NCBI GenBank assembly: GCA_029288865.1
Contig: JARIGM010000017.1
Location: 7,131 to 71,130 of the forward strand
Direction of reading: 5' to 3'
From: Candidatus Kaiserbacteria bacterium
Lineage (GTDB): Bacteria; Patescibacteriota; Minisyncoccia; Phycocordibacterales; Phycocordibacteraceae
Length of the DNA stretch: 64,000 nucleotides
How positions within the stretch are numbered: position 1 is the first letter of the stretch; each line of letters opens with the position of its first letter. The position numbers and the translations under genes are program-made. Below, one piece after another: positions 57,415 through 64,000 of this stretch. The notes below the pieces were generated by a model, which saw nothing but the letters and a program-made list of their open reading frames with translations, had not been told where the DNA came from and made no database searches.

Positions 57415-57515
57415 AGAGGCAGTAGCATTTTTAGGTACGCTGTATTTTTCCGCTGAAAAATCAGCTCGCTCTCGCGCCGACGCGCTCCGAGAGCACTAAA
57501 AATGCTACTGCCTCT
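57415..57515 (+). ncRNA. structured RNA-like element, copy A (20-bp outer helix + conserved core + covarying inner hairpin)
   Basis: Outer helix agaggcagtagcatttttag / ctaaaaatgctactgcctct (20/20 bp). Core GGTACGCTGT-[ATTTTTC cgct GAAAAAT]-CAGCTCGCTCTCG-loop-CTCCGAGAGC. Lies 66 nt 5' of prfA. Second copy at 62451-62597. Confidence 0.45.
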
Positions 57516-57581
57516 TTCGCGTTGAGTGCCTCTCGCAATTAAGTGAAATAAACCTAAGTTTCTGCTAGTATTGGCCTATAC

Positions 57582-58532
57582 ATGGAATATTCTCCGGAGT
57601 TCAAGAAGAATCACTCGACTGCGTATCTAGCGGGGGAGTACGAACGGCTCGCTGCAGAAGCAGAAGAGTCCAAGCAAGCTGCGGGCGATGACCCGGAGCT
57701 TCTCGAAATGTCCCAAGAGGATCTTACGCGTATCGCGGCGCGTCAGCAGGAGATTCTTCAGGAAATCCAGCAGATCCTAGACAAGGATAAAGAGGAGGAA
57801 GAGAAGGCGAAGGCGATCGTGCTGGAATTCCGTGCCGGAGCAGGCGGCGATGAGGCGACACTCTTTGCCCAGGAACTTCGGGAAATGTATCAAAAATACG
57901 CTGAATCCAAAGGTTGGCGTGTGCGCATGATCGACGAGCTGACGCTAGAGATCGAGGGCGCTGATGCGTATGATGCGCTTCGCTACGAGACGGGTGTGCA
58001 TCGAGTGCAGCGCGTGCCGGTGACGGAGAAGTCCGGCCGTATCCATACGTCTACGGCCTCGGTCGCTGCCATGCCGATCCGCACGAAGCCGAAATTCGAG
58101 ATAAACCCGGCGGACATCGAGATGGAGTTTTCTCGCGCCGGAGGTGCAGGCGGTCAGAACGTGAACAAGGTGGAGAGTGCCGTGCGTCTCATCCATAAGC
58201 CGACCGGCATCGACGTGCGCTCTACGAGCGAACGTACCCAGCTCGGAAACCGCGAAAAGGCTATGAGCATCCTCGCTGCAAAGCTCGATTCATTAGCCGA
58301 AGAGGAAGAAGCTAAGAAGCATGCAGCGCTCCGCAGCGGCCAGATCGGAACGGCAGACCGTTCGGAAAAGATCCGCACGTATAACTTCCTCCAGGACCGC
58401 ATCACGGACCACCGCATCAAGGAATCCTGGCACAACCTCCCGAAGATTATGCTCGGCGCGATTGACCCGATCATTGAGGCCCTCCAGGCTGCAGCCGCGG
58501 AAGGCGGCATCGGCGCCGCCGAAGAAGATTAG
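57582..58532 (+). CDS. prfA: peptide chain release factor 1
   Basis: GGQ motif ([12 protein letters not shown]) and an RF1-type PxT tripeptide (RVPVTE), not the RF2 SPF. Confidence 0.85.
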   Translation: MEYSPEFKKNHSTAYLAGEYERLAAEAEESKQAAGDDPELLEMSQEDLTRIAARQQEILQEIQQILDKDKEEEEKAKAIVLEFRAGAGGDEATLFAQELREMYQKYAESKGWRVRMIDELTLEIEGADAYDALRYETGVHRVQRVPVTEKSGRIHTSTASVAAMPIRTKPKFEINPADIEMEFSRAGGAGGQNVNKVESAVRLIHKPTGIDVRSTSERTQLGNREKAMSILAAKLDSLAEEEEAKKHAALRSGQIGTADRSEKIRTYNFLQDRITDHRIKESWHNLPKIMLGAIDPIIEALQAAAAEGGIGAAEED

Positions 58533-58573
58533 GCGCCTTTGCGCGTTTTTGGGCCTTATGGTATCTTTTTCCT

Positions 58574-59275
58574 ATGACTACCGATACTACGGCAGGAGTT
58601 GGCGTTGACCGTCTCTTCGAGACGGGCGCTCATTTTGCGCAGCTCAAGAGCCGCCGCCACCCTTCAATGAAACGCTTTATTTTGGGCGCGAAATCTCGCG
58701 TTGAGATTTTCGACCTCGAAAAGACCAATGCTCAGCTCGCTGAGGCAAAGGCCGCTCTTACTGCTCTCGCTCGCGATGGCAAGACCGTCCTCTTCGTTGG
58801 TGGGAAGCGTGAAGTGACCGATCAGGTCCGTGAGGCAGCTACCCGCATCGGACAGCCATTCGTCGCTGGACGCTGGCTCGGTGGCACCATCTCGAACTTC
58901 ACTGAGATCAAGAAGCGTATCGACCGCCTCGCAGACCTCCTCCAGAAGCGCGATTCAGGCGAGCTCGCAAAGCTTTACACCAAGCTCGAGCGCCTCTACA
59001 TTGACCGCGAAATCACTCGTCTCCTTGAGCGTCTCGAAGGCCTCCGCGACCTTGCTAAGAAGCCAGATGCGATGGTCATCGTCGACACGAAGCATGAGGC
59101 TCATGCAACTCGTGAAGCGCTTGCTGCTGGCATTCCGATCATCGGCATCATCAGCTCAGACTGCAACGCGAAGGAGTCAGCATATCCGATTGTCGCGAAC
59201 GATTCGTCTCGCGAAACGGTCAAGCTTCTCTTGAACGAGCTTGCAAACGCGTACGACGAAGGTCGCCGCGCGTAA
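58574..59275 (+). CDS. rpsB: 30S ribosomal protein uS2
   Basis: ...GAHFAQLKSRRHPSMKRFILGAKSRVEIFDLEKT...LFVGGKRE...GRWLGGTISNF... colinear with bacterial S2. Confidence 0.85.
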   Translation: MTTDTTAGVGVDRLFETGAHFAQLKSRRHPSMKRFILGAKSRVEIFDLEKTNAQLAEAKAALTALARDGKTVLFVGGKREVTDQVREAATRIGQPFVAGRWLGGTISNFTEIKKRIDRLADLLQKRDSGELAKLYTKLERLYIDREITRLLERLEGLRDLAKKPDAMVIVDTKHEAHATREALAAGIPIIGIISSDCNAKESAYPIVANDSSRETVKLLLNELANAYDEGRRA

Positions 59276-59328
59276 GCCATAAGAAGTGTGCGCAAAACGT
59301 GCCCTTTTACATAATCACTTAATACGAT

Positions 59329-59913
59329 ATGGAAATCTCAATGGACGTGCTGAAAGAGCTCCGCGATAAGACTGGCGTATCAGTCATGCAATGCAAGAAA
59401 GCCCTCGAAGAAGCGGGTGGTGATGTCGCACAGGCAGAAGTGATCCTCCGCAAGAAAAGCGGTGCAGCTGCTGAGAAGAAGGGAGACCGCGAGCTTGGTG
59501 CAGGCGCTATCGGCACATATGTCCACGGCGGCGAAATCGGCGCAATGGTGCTCCTTTCATGCGAGACTGACTTCGTATCACGCAATGAAGAATTTCCAGC
59601 GCTTGCTCGCGAGATCGCGATGCAGGTAGCAGCAACCAATCCGACATACATCACGGACGAGGATATCGCTCCTGAGGCACGTGAGGCAGCTCGCAGCGTC
59701 TTCATGGGCGAGGTTGCAGATAAGCCGGCAGAGATGCAGGAAAAGATCCTCGAGGGCAAGATGAAGTCGTATTTCCAGGACCAGGTCCTCATGGCGCAGC
59801 AGTACATCAAGGATGACAGCAAGACTGTCACTGACCTTATCACCGAGGCAGCCCAGAAGTTCGGCGAGCGTGTCGTGATCTCGAAGATCGCCCGCTTCTC
59901 CGCACGCGGGTAA
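59329..59913 (+). CDS. tsf: elongation factor Ts (short form)
   Basis: MEISMDVLKELRDKTGVSVMQCKKALEEAGGDVAQAEVILRKK (UBA-like N-terminus); ...LLSCETDFVSRNEEF. Canonical rpsB-tsf order. Confidence 0.85.
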   Translation: MEISMDVLKELRDKTGVSVMQCKKALEEAGGDVAQAEVILRKKSGAAAEKKGDRELGAGAIGTYVHGGEIGAMVLLSCETDFVSRNEEFPALAREIAMQVAATNPTYITDEDIAPEAREAARSVFMGEVADKPAEMQEKILEGKMKSYFQDQVLMAQQYIKDDSKTVTDLITEAAQKFGERVVISKIARFSARG

Positions 59914-59915
59914 AT

Positions 59916-60317
59916 ATGCTCTATCTCGGCCTCGTCGGTATCAGCTGCGTCCTCTGCGGGGGATTCTTGCTCTTCGCGACGATGGAGACGCGCTCCGACA
60001 AGCGAATGCTTGCAGGGGCGCGTGGGCGTTTAGATGAGCAGGTGGGCCGTCTCTTCTTCATTGTTGAGCACGTGAATTGGAGCGAATTCCTCTCCCATTC
60101 GATTCGTGGTCTCTTTGCACGTATCCTGCATGATACGGCTCATCTTTTCTTGCAGATCATCCGTTTCATTGAGCGACAGCTGACCCGTACAGTGCGCTAC
60201 CTACGTGATCGTCGTCCTCACGTATTGGCACCAAAACCATCGCGCCAGTCGTTCATGACGACAACCCGCAACTATCTTTCAGCGCGCCTTCATCGTCCTA
60301 AAGACTCTGCGGAATAG
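59916..60317 (+). CDS. hypothetical membrane protein
   Basis: 133-aa ORF with an N-terminal TM, immediately after tsf. No recognisable domain; could be spurious. Confidence 0.3.
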   Translation: MLYLGLVGISCVLCGGFLLFATMETRSDKRMLAGARGRLDEQVGRLFFIVEHVNWSEFLSHSIRGLFARILHDTAHLFLQIIRFIERQLTRTVRYLRDRRPHVLAPKPSRQSFMTTTRNYLSARLHRPKDSAE

Positions 60318-60361
60318 GACGCTTGAATCAAGCGAAAATGATGATACTGTAGAGAGTAATT

Positions 60362-60437
60362 GCCGCCTTAGCTCAGTTGGTAGAGCAACACTTTTGTAAA
60401 GTGAAGGTCCCCGGTTCGAGCCCGGGAGGCGGCTCCA
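60362..60437 (+). tRNA. tRNA-Thr (anticodon TGT), with encoded CCA
   Basis: Cloverleaf by hand: acceptor gccgcct/aggcggc (7 bp), D arm gctc-agttggta-gagc, anticodon arm cact-tTTGTAa-agtg (U33, A37; A-A mismatch at 27:43), variable loop aggtc, T arm cccgg-ttcgagc-ccggg, discriminator T, then CCA. Confidence 0.8.
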
Positions 60438-60440
60438 AAT

Positions 60441-61172
60441 TTATTTCTTAGAAGTCGTGCTGGTCGAGGTCGCAGCAGTCGTGGTGCCGAACATTCCCTT
60501 CGGGAAATTCGTCTCGAAATTATCGAGCGAGGTGAATCCATACACTTGCTTCCCATTGATGACGAAAGCAGGGAATTGCGGCTGCACTTTCTCGATGGAT
60601 TCGAGTGTCTTCAATGCTGCAAGGTCGAGGTTGTAGTCAAAGGAATAGACGCGAAGCGAAGGGTCTATCTGGTGGAGATATGAAAGGTTGTAGGCAGCGC
60701 GACCGCAGCTCTGCTTACACTCTGCGTCCGAGTTCGAGTAGAAATACAGCACGACGTTCGGCTTCAAGTGGCAGGTTTTCGAGAGTTGCTTCGTAAGGAT
60801 GTAATCGCGGATCTCGAGGAGTGTATATTCTTGCTTGAGTTGCGTGACTTGCGCATCGTTTGCGCCAAGGTGATTCTCAGCATATGAAAGCTTGTCGCCA
60901 AGGCTGCTCAACTCCTGGGAGAAGGTCGTGTCTTCAGACGAGGTGCTCGTGAAGTTTTCGCATGGTGCGCTTTCAAGCAGCGAGAACTGCGTCTCCACTG
61001 AAAGGGTATCCGTCGAGAGCTGGTTCTCGATCGAGGTGAGTTCCTGGACGCGCTGCTGGTTCAGGTAATTCACGGCATACACGACCGTGCCGATAATGAG
61101 GCCGGTAATGATGAGCGAGATGAGAACATTGCGGGTGAATAGTGACATAGGGATTTTTTTAGATACTAGCAC
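60441..61172 (-). CDS. membrane-anchored coiled-coil protein with thioredoxin-fold-like C-terminal domain
   Basis: N-terminal TM (VLISLIITGLIIGTVVYAV), then a coiled coil. The C-terminal ...FPAFVINGKQVYGF... resembles thioredoxin/glutaredoxin folds. The cysteine motif is CxxxC rather than CxxC, so the assignment is tentative. Confidence 0.4.
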   Translation of the reverse strand: MLVSKKIPMSLFTRNVLISLIITGLIIGTVVYAVNYLNQQRVQELTSIENQLSTDTLSVETQFSLLESAPCENFTSTSSEDTTFSQELSSLGDKLSYAENHLGANDAQVTQLKQEYTLLEIRDYILTKQLSKTCHLKPNVVLYFYSNSDAECKQSCGRAAYNLSYLHQIDPSLRVYSFDYNLDLAALKTLESIEKVQPQFPAFVINGKQVYGFTSLDNFETNFPKGMFGTTTAATSTSTTSKK

Positions 61173-61175
61173 GTT

Positions 61176-62420
61176 TTAGCGCCACGAGCGGCGGGTGCCC
61201 GTCATGACATCGAGTATGGTACGCATGAGCCAGAAGGGCGCGATGAGTCCATACAAGAACATGAACGCGACGATGCCCGAGAAGAGGCGGCTTGGGGTAT
61301 TCGAGATACGCTTGCCGACCACGATAAGACCGATCGTGCCGAGAGTGATGATCGTACCGAGCATGGCCACTGCAGTGAGCGGAATGTAATACCAGCCAAG
61401 ATTGCTGAAGTGGGGTACGAGCGAATACGAGAGAGGCACGCCTCTGATGAGCGTGTAGGTCGAGATGATCTGCGTGATGACTTGAATGATCACGAGGAAG
61501 AATAAGAAAAGGCCCGCGACGATGGCGAGTACGCCGAGCGGCAGTACGAGGAGTCCGAGCGCGCCGAACTTCCGGTTGCCCAGCATGTCGCGATAATCAT
61601 AGAGGACATTTCGTACGAAGCCGGTCGTCCAGCGCGTGCGTTGCTTGATGAGCGCTCGGACCGTCATGGGCGCTGTCGTATAGACGCGGGCGCGCGGCGC
61701 GTTGTCGATCAGATAGCCTGCCCGCTGCATGCGGAGTGCCATTTCCATGTCTTCTGCGTTATGTGCCTTGCGGAAACCGCCCAATTCAAGCACGAGGTCG
61801 CGACGATAGAATGAAAACGGCCCTGGCGTCACATAGAGACCGTTCACTGCGGCGAGTATATGACGGAGTGCGATACCCATAATGTACTCAGCATTTTGCA
61901 TTGCTTGGAGGATGTTCTTCGGCTCATAGACGGACATTGCCGCAGTGACCGCAGCAATCCTCGGGTTGTCGAAATAGCCGATGATTTCGCGAAGCGCATC
62001 AGGCGCCACGAAAGAGTCGGCGTCCAGGCCGCCGATGTACTCGGCGCTCGTTGCCGCTTCGATGCCCATGTTGAGCGCGCTGTGCTTGCCGCCATTCTCT
62101 TTGTGGATCACGAGGATCTGCGGAGTGCCGACATAGCTGTCCATCACTGCGGCAGTGTTGTCTTTGGACCCGTCATTCACGAGTACGATCTGGAGCTTAT
62201 CTTTGGGGTAGTCGAGGGCGAGCAGGGAATCGATGGTGCCTTTGATAGTGTCTTGTTCGTTGTAGCAGGGAACGACGATGGCTACGGGCGGCGTGAAGTC
62301 GGAGACAACCTTATTGCGGCGTTCGCGCGCTGGCTTCGAGAGGTAGGTGACGAGAAGAAACGTTTCGAAGAAAAGCGTGATAAAGAGAATAGGATACGTC
62401 CAAGCGCTGAGGTCGATCAT
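61176..62420 (-). CDS. family 2 processive glycosyltransferase (cellulose/PNAG/hyaluronan synthase-like)
   Basis: VVPCYNEQDTI, LVNDGSKDNT, GGLDADSF (DxD), QRTRWTTG (QxxRW) and multiple C-terminal TM helices. The 5' end in the ORF track (62579) runs through a structured element; real start probably MIDLS at about 62420 or MLRVW at about 62459. Confidence 0.8.
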   Translation of the reverse strand: MIDLSAWTYPILFITLFFETFLLVTYLSKPARERRNKVVSDFTPPVAIVVPCYNEQDTIKGTIDSLLALDYPKDKLQIVLVNDGSKDNTAAVMDSYVGTPQILVIHKENGGKHSALNMGIEAATSAEYIGGLDADSFVAPDALREIIGYFDNPRIAAVTAAMSVYEPKNILQAMQNAEYIMGIALRHILAAVNGLYVTPGPFSFYRRDLVLELGGFRKAHNAEDMEMALRMQRAGYLIDNAPRARVYTTAPMTVRALIKQRTRWTTGFVRNVLYDYRDMLGNRKFGALGLLVLPLGVLAIVAGLFLFFLVIIQVITQIISTYTLIRGVPLSYSLVPHFSNLGWYYIPLTAVAMLGTIITLGTIGLIVVGKRISNTPSRLFSGIVAFMFLYGLIAPFWLMRTILDVMTGTRRSWR

Positions 62421-62450
62421 ACCGCGTATAATAAGAGTATTATACCACAC

Positions 62451-62597
62451 CCTGAGCATATGCGGTAGTAAGGTACGCTGTCGTTTTCTGCTGAAAACGC
62501 AGCTCGCTCTCGAACGGGTGAATTTGCTCGCAGCCGCCTTACGGCTCGCAAATATCACTCGTTCTCCGAGAGCCCTCACTACCGCATATGCTCAGGG
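62451..62597 (+). ncRNA. structured RNA-like element, copy B
   Basis: Outer helix ccctgagcatatgcggtagt / actaccgcatatgctcaggg (20/20 bp, unrelated in sequence to copy A). Same core GGTACGCTGT-[CGTTTTC tgct GAAAACG]-CAGCTCGCTCTCG-(60-nt insert)-CTCCGAGAGC. Ends 30 nt 5' of pheS. Confidence 0.45.
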
Positions 62598-62626
62598 TGT
62601 AGCACCTTACTTCTCGGCATTATTCG

Positions 62627-63382
62627 ATGTATAGTGGCGTATATATGGCAGAGCACGGGCGGTTGCATCCGATCACGATTGCGGTACGCGAGATTGCGGA
62701 CATCTTTGGTCGCATGGGCTTCGGTGTGGCGTACGGTCCTGAGCTTGAGGACGAGTGGTACAACTTCACGGCCCTCAACGTGCCAGCGGATCATCCGGCA
62801 CGCGACATGCAGGATACCTTCTGGATTAAGGATCGAGATAATCAAGTGCTCCGCACGCACACTACGTCGGTGACGATTCGCTGCCTCGAAGAGATGGCAA
62901 AGAGCGGCGTCGAGCATATGCGCATGATCGCTCCATCTAAAGTGTTTCGAAATGAGGCGACTGACATGACGCACGAAGCGCAGTTCTATCAGCTCGACGG
63001 ATTCGCAGTTGGAAAGATCGGTGAGGTGTCACTCGCGCATCTCAAAGGCACATTCGATCAATTTTATCGCGAATATCTCGGCGAGAATGCGCAGGTCCGT
63101 TTCCGCCCCAGCTTCTTCCCGTTCACCGAACCATCGGTTGAGATCGATGTGTGGTATGAGCCCAAAGGAAAGGAAGGCCGTTGGCTTGAAATGTCTGGCG
63201 CGGGAATGTTGCATCCAAATGTGCTTAAGAATGCGGGCCTTGATCCGGAGAAATATGCTGGCTTCGCGTTCGGCGGTGGGCTCGAGCGATTGGTGATGGT
63301 AAAGCATGGCGTCACGGACGTGCGCTATTTCCATTCGGGAGATCTGCGATTCGTATACGGATTTGAAGAATCCGTCTCATAA
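62627..63382 (+). CDS. pheS: phenylalanine--tRNA ligase alpha subunit (short form lacking the N-terminal domain)
   Basis: ...GRLHPITIAVREIADIFGRMGFGVAYGPELEDEWYNFTALNVPADHPARDMQDTFW... aligns to the catalytic core of bacterial PheS from about residue 100. Motif 3 ...GFAFGGGLERL. Confidence 0.8.
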   Translation: MYSGVYMAEHGRLHPITIAVREIADIFGRMGFGVAYGPELEDEWYNFTALNVPADHPARDMQDTFWIKDRDNQVLRTHTTSVTIRCLEEMAKSGVEHMRMIAPSKVFRNEATDMTHEAQFYQLDGFAVGKIGEVSLAHLKGTFDQFYREYLGENAQVRFRPSFFPFTEPSVEIDVWYEPKGKEGRWLEMSGAGMLHPNVLKNAGLDPEKYAGFAFGGGLERLVMVKHGVTDVRYFHSGDLRFVYGFEESVS

Positions 63383-63384
63383 CT

Positions 63385-64000
63385 ATGAAAGTCTCACGGA
63401 AATGGCTCCAGAAGTTTTTTGATACTGAACTGCCAAGCGCAGAGCAGATCGCTGATGCGCTCACATTCCATGTGTTCGAAATCGAAGAAACGGAATCGCA
63501 TGGGGATGACACTATCCTCGATGTGAAGGTGCTGCCGGACCGCGCGGCATACGGGCTTTCACACCGGAGCGTGGCGTATGAGCTTTCAGCGATTTTGAAT
63601 ATGCCGCTGAATGCGGACCCGCTTCGCGCTGTCTTGCCGGAAATGCCTGCGACAAATGAGCTTGCGATCAATCTCGAATCAGAGAAGTGCCTGCGCTATA
63701 TGGGAACGCTGGTGCGTGGCGTGAAAGTAGGACCGTCTCCTTCGTGGCTCGAGGAAGCCCTCGAATCGGTTGGGCAGCGTTCGATCAATAACGTCGTAGA
63801 TGCGACGAACTTCGTGATGCTGAATATCGGCCAGCCGCTCCATGCGTTCGATGCCGCAAGGCTTGCGAAGAAAGATGAGAAATATGCGATTAGTGTGCGC
63901 GGCGCGCATGAAGGCGAAAAGATCACGACGCTCACTGGTGAAGAATTCATCCTTCCAGAAGGAACGCTACTCATCACCGATGCGAATGCAGATGCGCCGA
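63385..64000 (+). CDS. pheT: phenylalanine--tRNA ligase beta subunit (3' end outside window)
   Basis: ATG 2 nt after the pheS stop. MKVSRKWLQKFFDTELPSAEQIADALTFHVFEIEE... is a PheT-like N-terminus. Open to the window end. Confidence 0.7.
   Translation, partial: MKVSRKWLQKFFDTELPSAEQIADALTFHVFEIEETESHGDDTILDVKVLPDRAAYGLSHRSVAYELSAILNMPLNADPLRAVLPEMPATNELAINLESEKCLRYMGTLVRGVKVGPSPSWLEEALESVGQRSINNVVDATNFVMLNIGQPLHAFDAARLAKKDEKYAISVRGAHEGEKITTLTGEEFILPEGTLLITDANADAP

Noticed and set aside
57415-57515. Interpreting the 20-bp palindromes after rpmE and before pheS as ordinary rho-independent terminators or MITE terminal inverted repeats
   Set aside because: Neither copy is followed by a U-tract. 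Copy B lies between divergent genes where no terminator is needed. The two outer helices have unrelated sequences while the internal core is conserved with compensatory changes. This fits a structured RNA better than TIRs or terminators.
59916-60317. Expecting pyrH/frr after rpsB-tsf
   Set aside because: The following ORF is a 133-aa TM protein with no UMP-kinase motifs, then tRNA-Thr. The usual operon continuation is simply absent here, so no call beyond hypothetical.

Overview
This 64-kb window is from a bacterial chromosome with candidate-phyla-radiation-like traits (split transketolase, class I aldolase, scattered type IV pilins, giant CARDB-repeat surface proteins, a short PheS). All genes are read with standard code 11; TGA is a stop (TerL ends in TGA). 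Two compositional blocks are visible. (1) Positions 1 to about 31.9 kb form a largely co-linear, + strand, siphovirus-type prophage. It is high-GC by eye (about 60%), falling to about 52% from roughly 26.6 kb onward. In order it carries a 5'-truncated C5-MTase, TerS/TerL, a portal-MuF fusion, an HK97-type prohead protease, the major capsid protein, connector proteins, the major tail protein, a gpG/gpGT chaperone pair with a textbook -1 slippery heptamer (A AAT TTA), the tape measure, tail-tip and fibre genes, and a lysis cassette followed by a MazF/PemK-like toxin. Downstream sit two notable accessory modules. The first is a compact 5-gene operon (19341-25494): Dcm-type C5-MTase, an unknown 274-aa protein, a ParB/Srx-fold protein, an SNF2 ATPase and a RecB-like PD-(D/E)xK nuclease. 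It looks like an uncharacterised methylation-linked defence or restriction system. The second is a complete diversity-generating retroelement (25556-28433): promoter, C-type-lectin-fold target with a 113-bp VR, a cognate TR differing only at 11 TR adenines, a reverse-oriented Avd, and an RT with the DGR signature IGNLTSQLFAN...YTDD. Small regulators and a tyrosine integrase (30777-31853) close the element. (2) Host DNA (about 50% GC) follows. It holds a pentose-phosphate/glycolysis cluster (rpiB, rpe, split tkt, a pfkB-family kinase, class I FBA) interleaved with three type IV pilin genes, then bL25 and an SLT-domain secreted protein. Three tandem paralogous cassettes follow, each a TM-anchored beta-propeller-like protein plus a giant secreted multi-CARDB/Ig protein (1046, 1595 and 1484 aa) with a conserved C-terminal module ending VVNVVPK(F/Y)(N/G)EF. 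The window ends with rpmE, prfA (RF1), rpsB, tsf, tRNA-Thr(UGU), a processive GT2 synthase and pheS/pheT (pheT partial). Two copies of a structured RNA-like element are found 5' of prfA and 5' of pheS. Each has a 20-bp outer helix of unrelated sequence, a conserved core and a covarying inner hairpin. No CRISPR array and no rRNA were found. All calls rest on reading the translations and DNA by eye; no database search or exact GC calculation was run.
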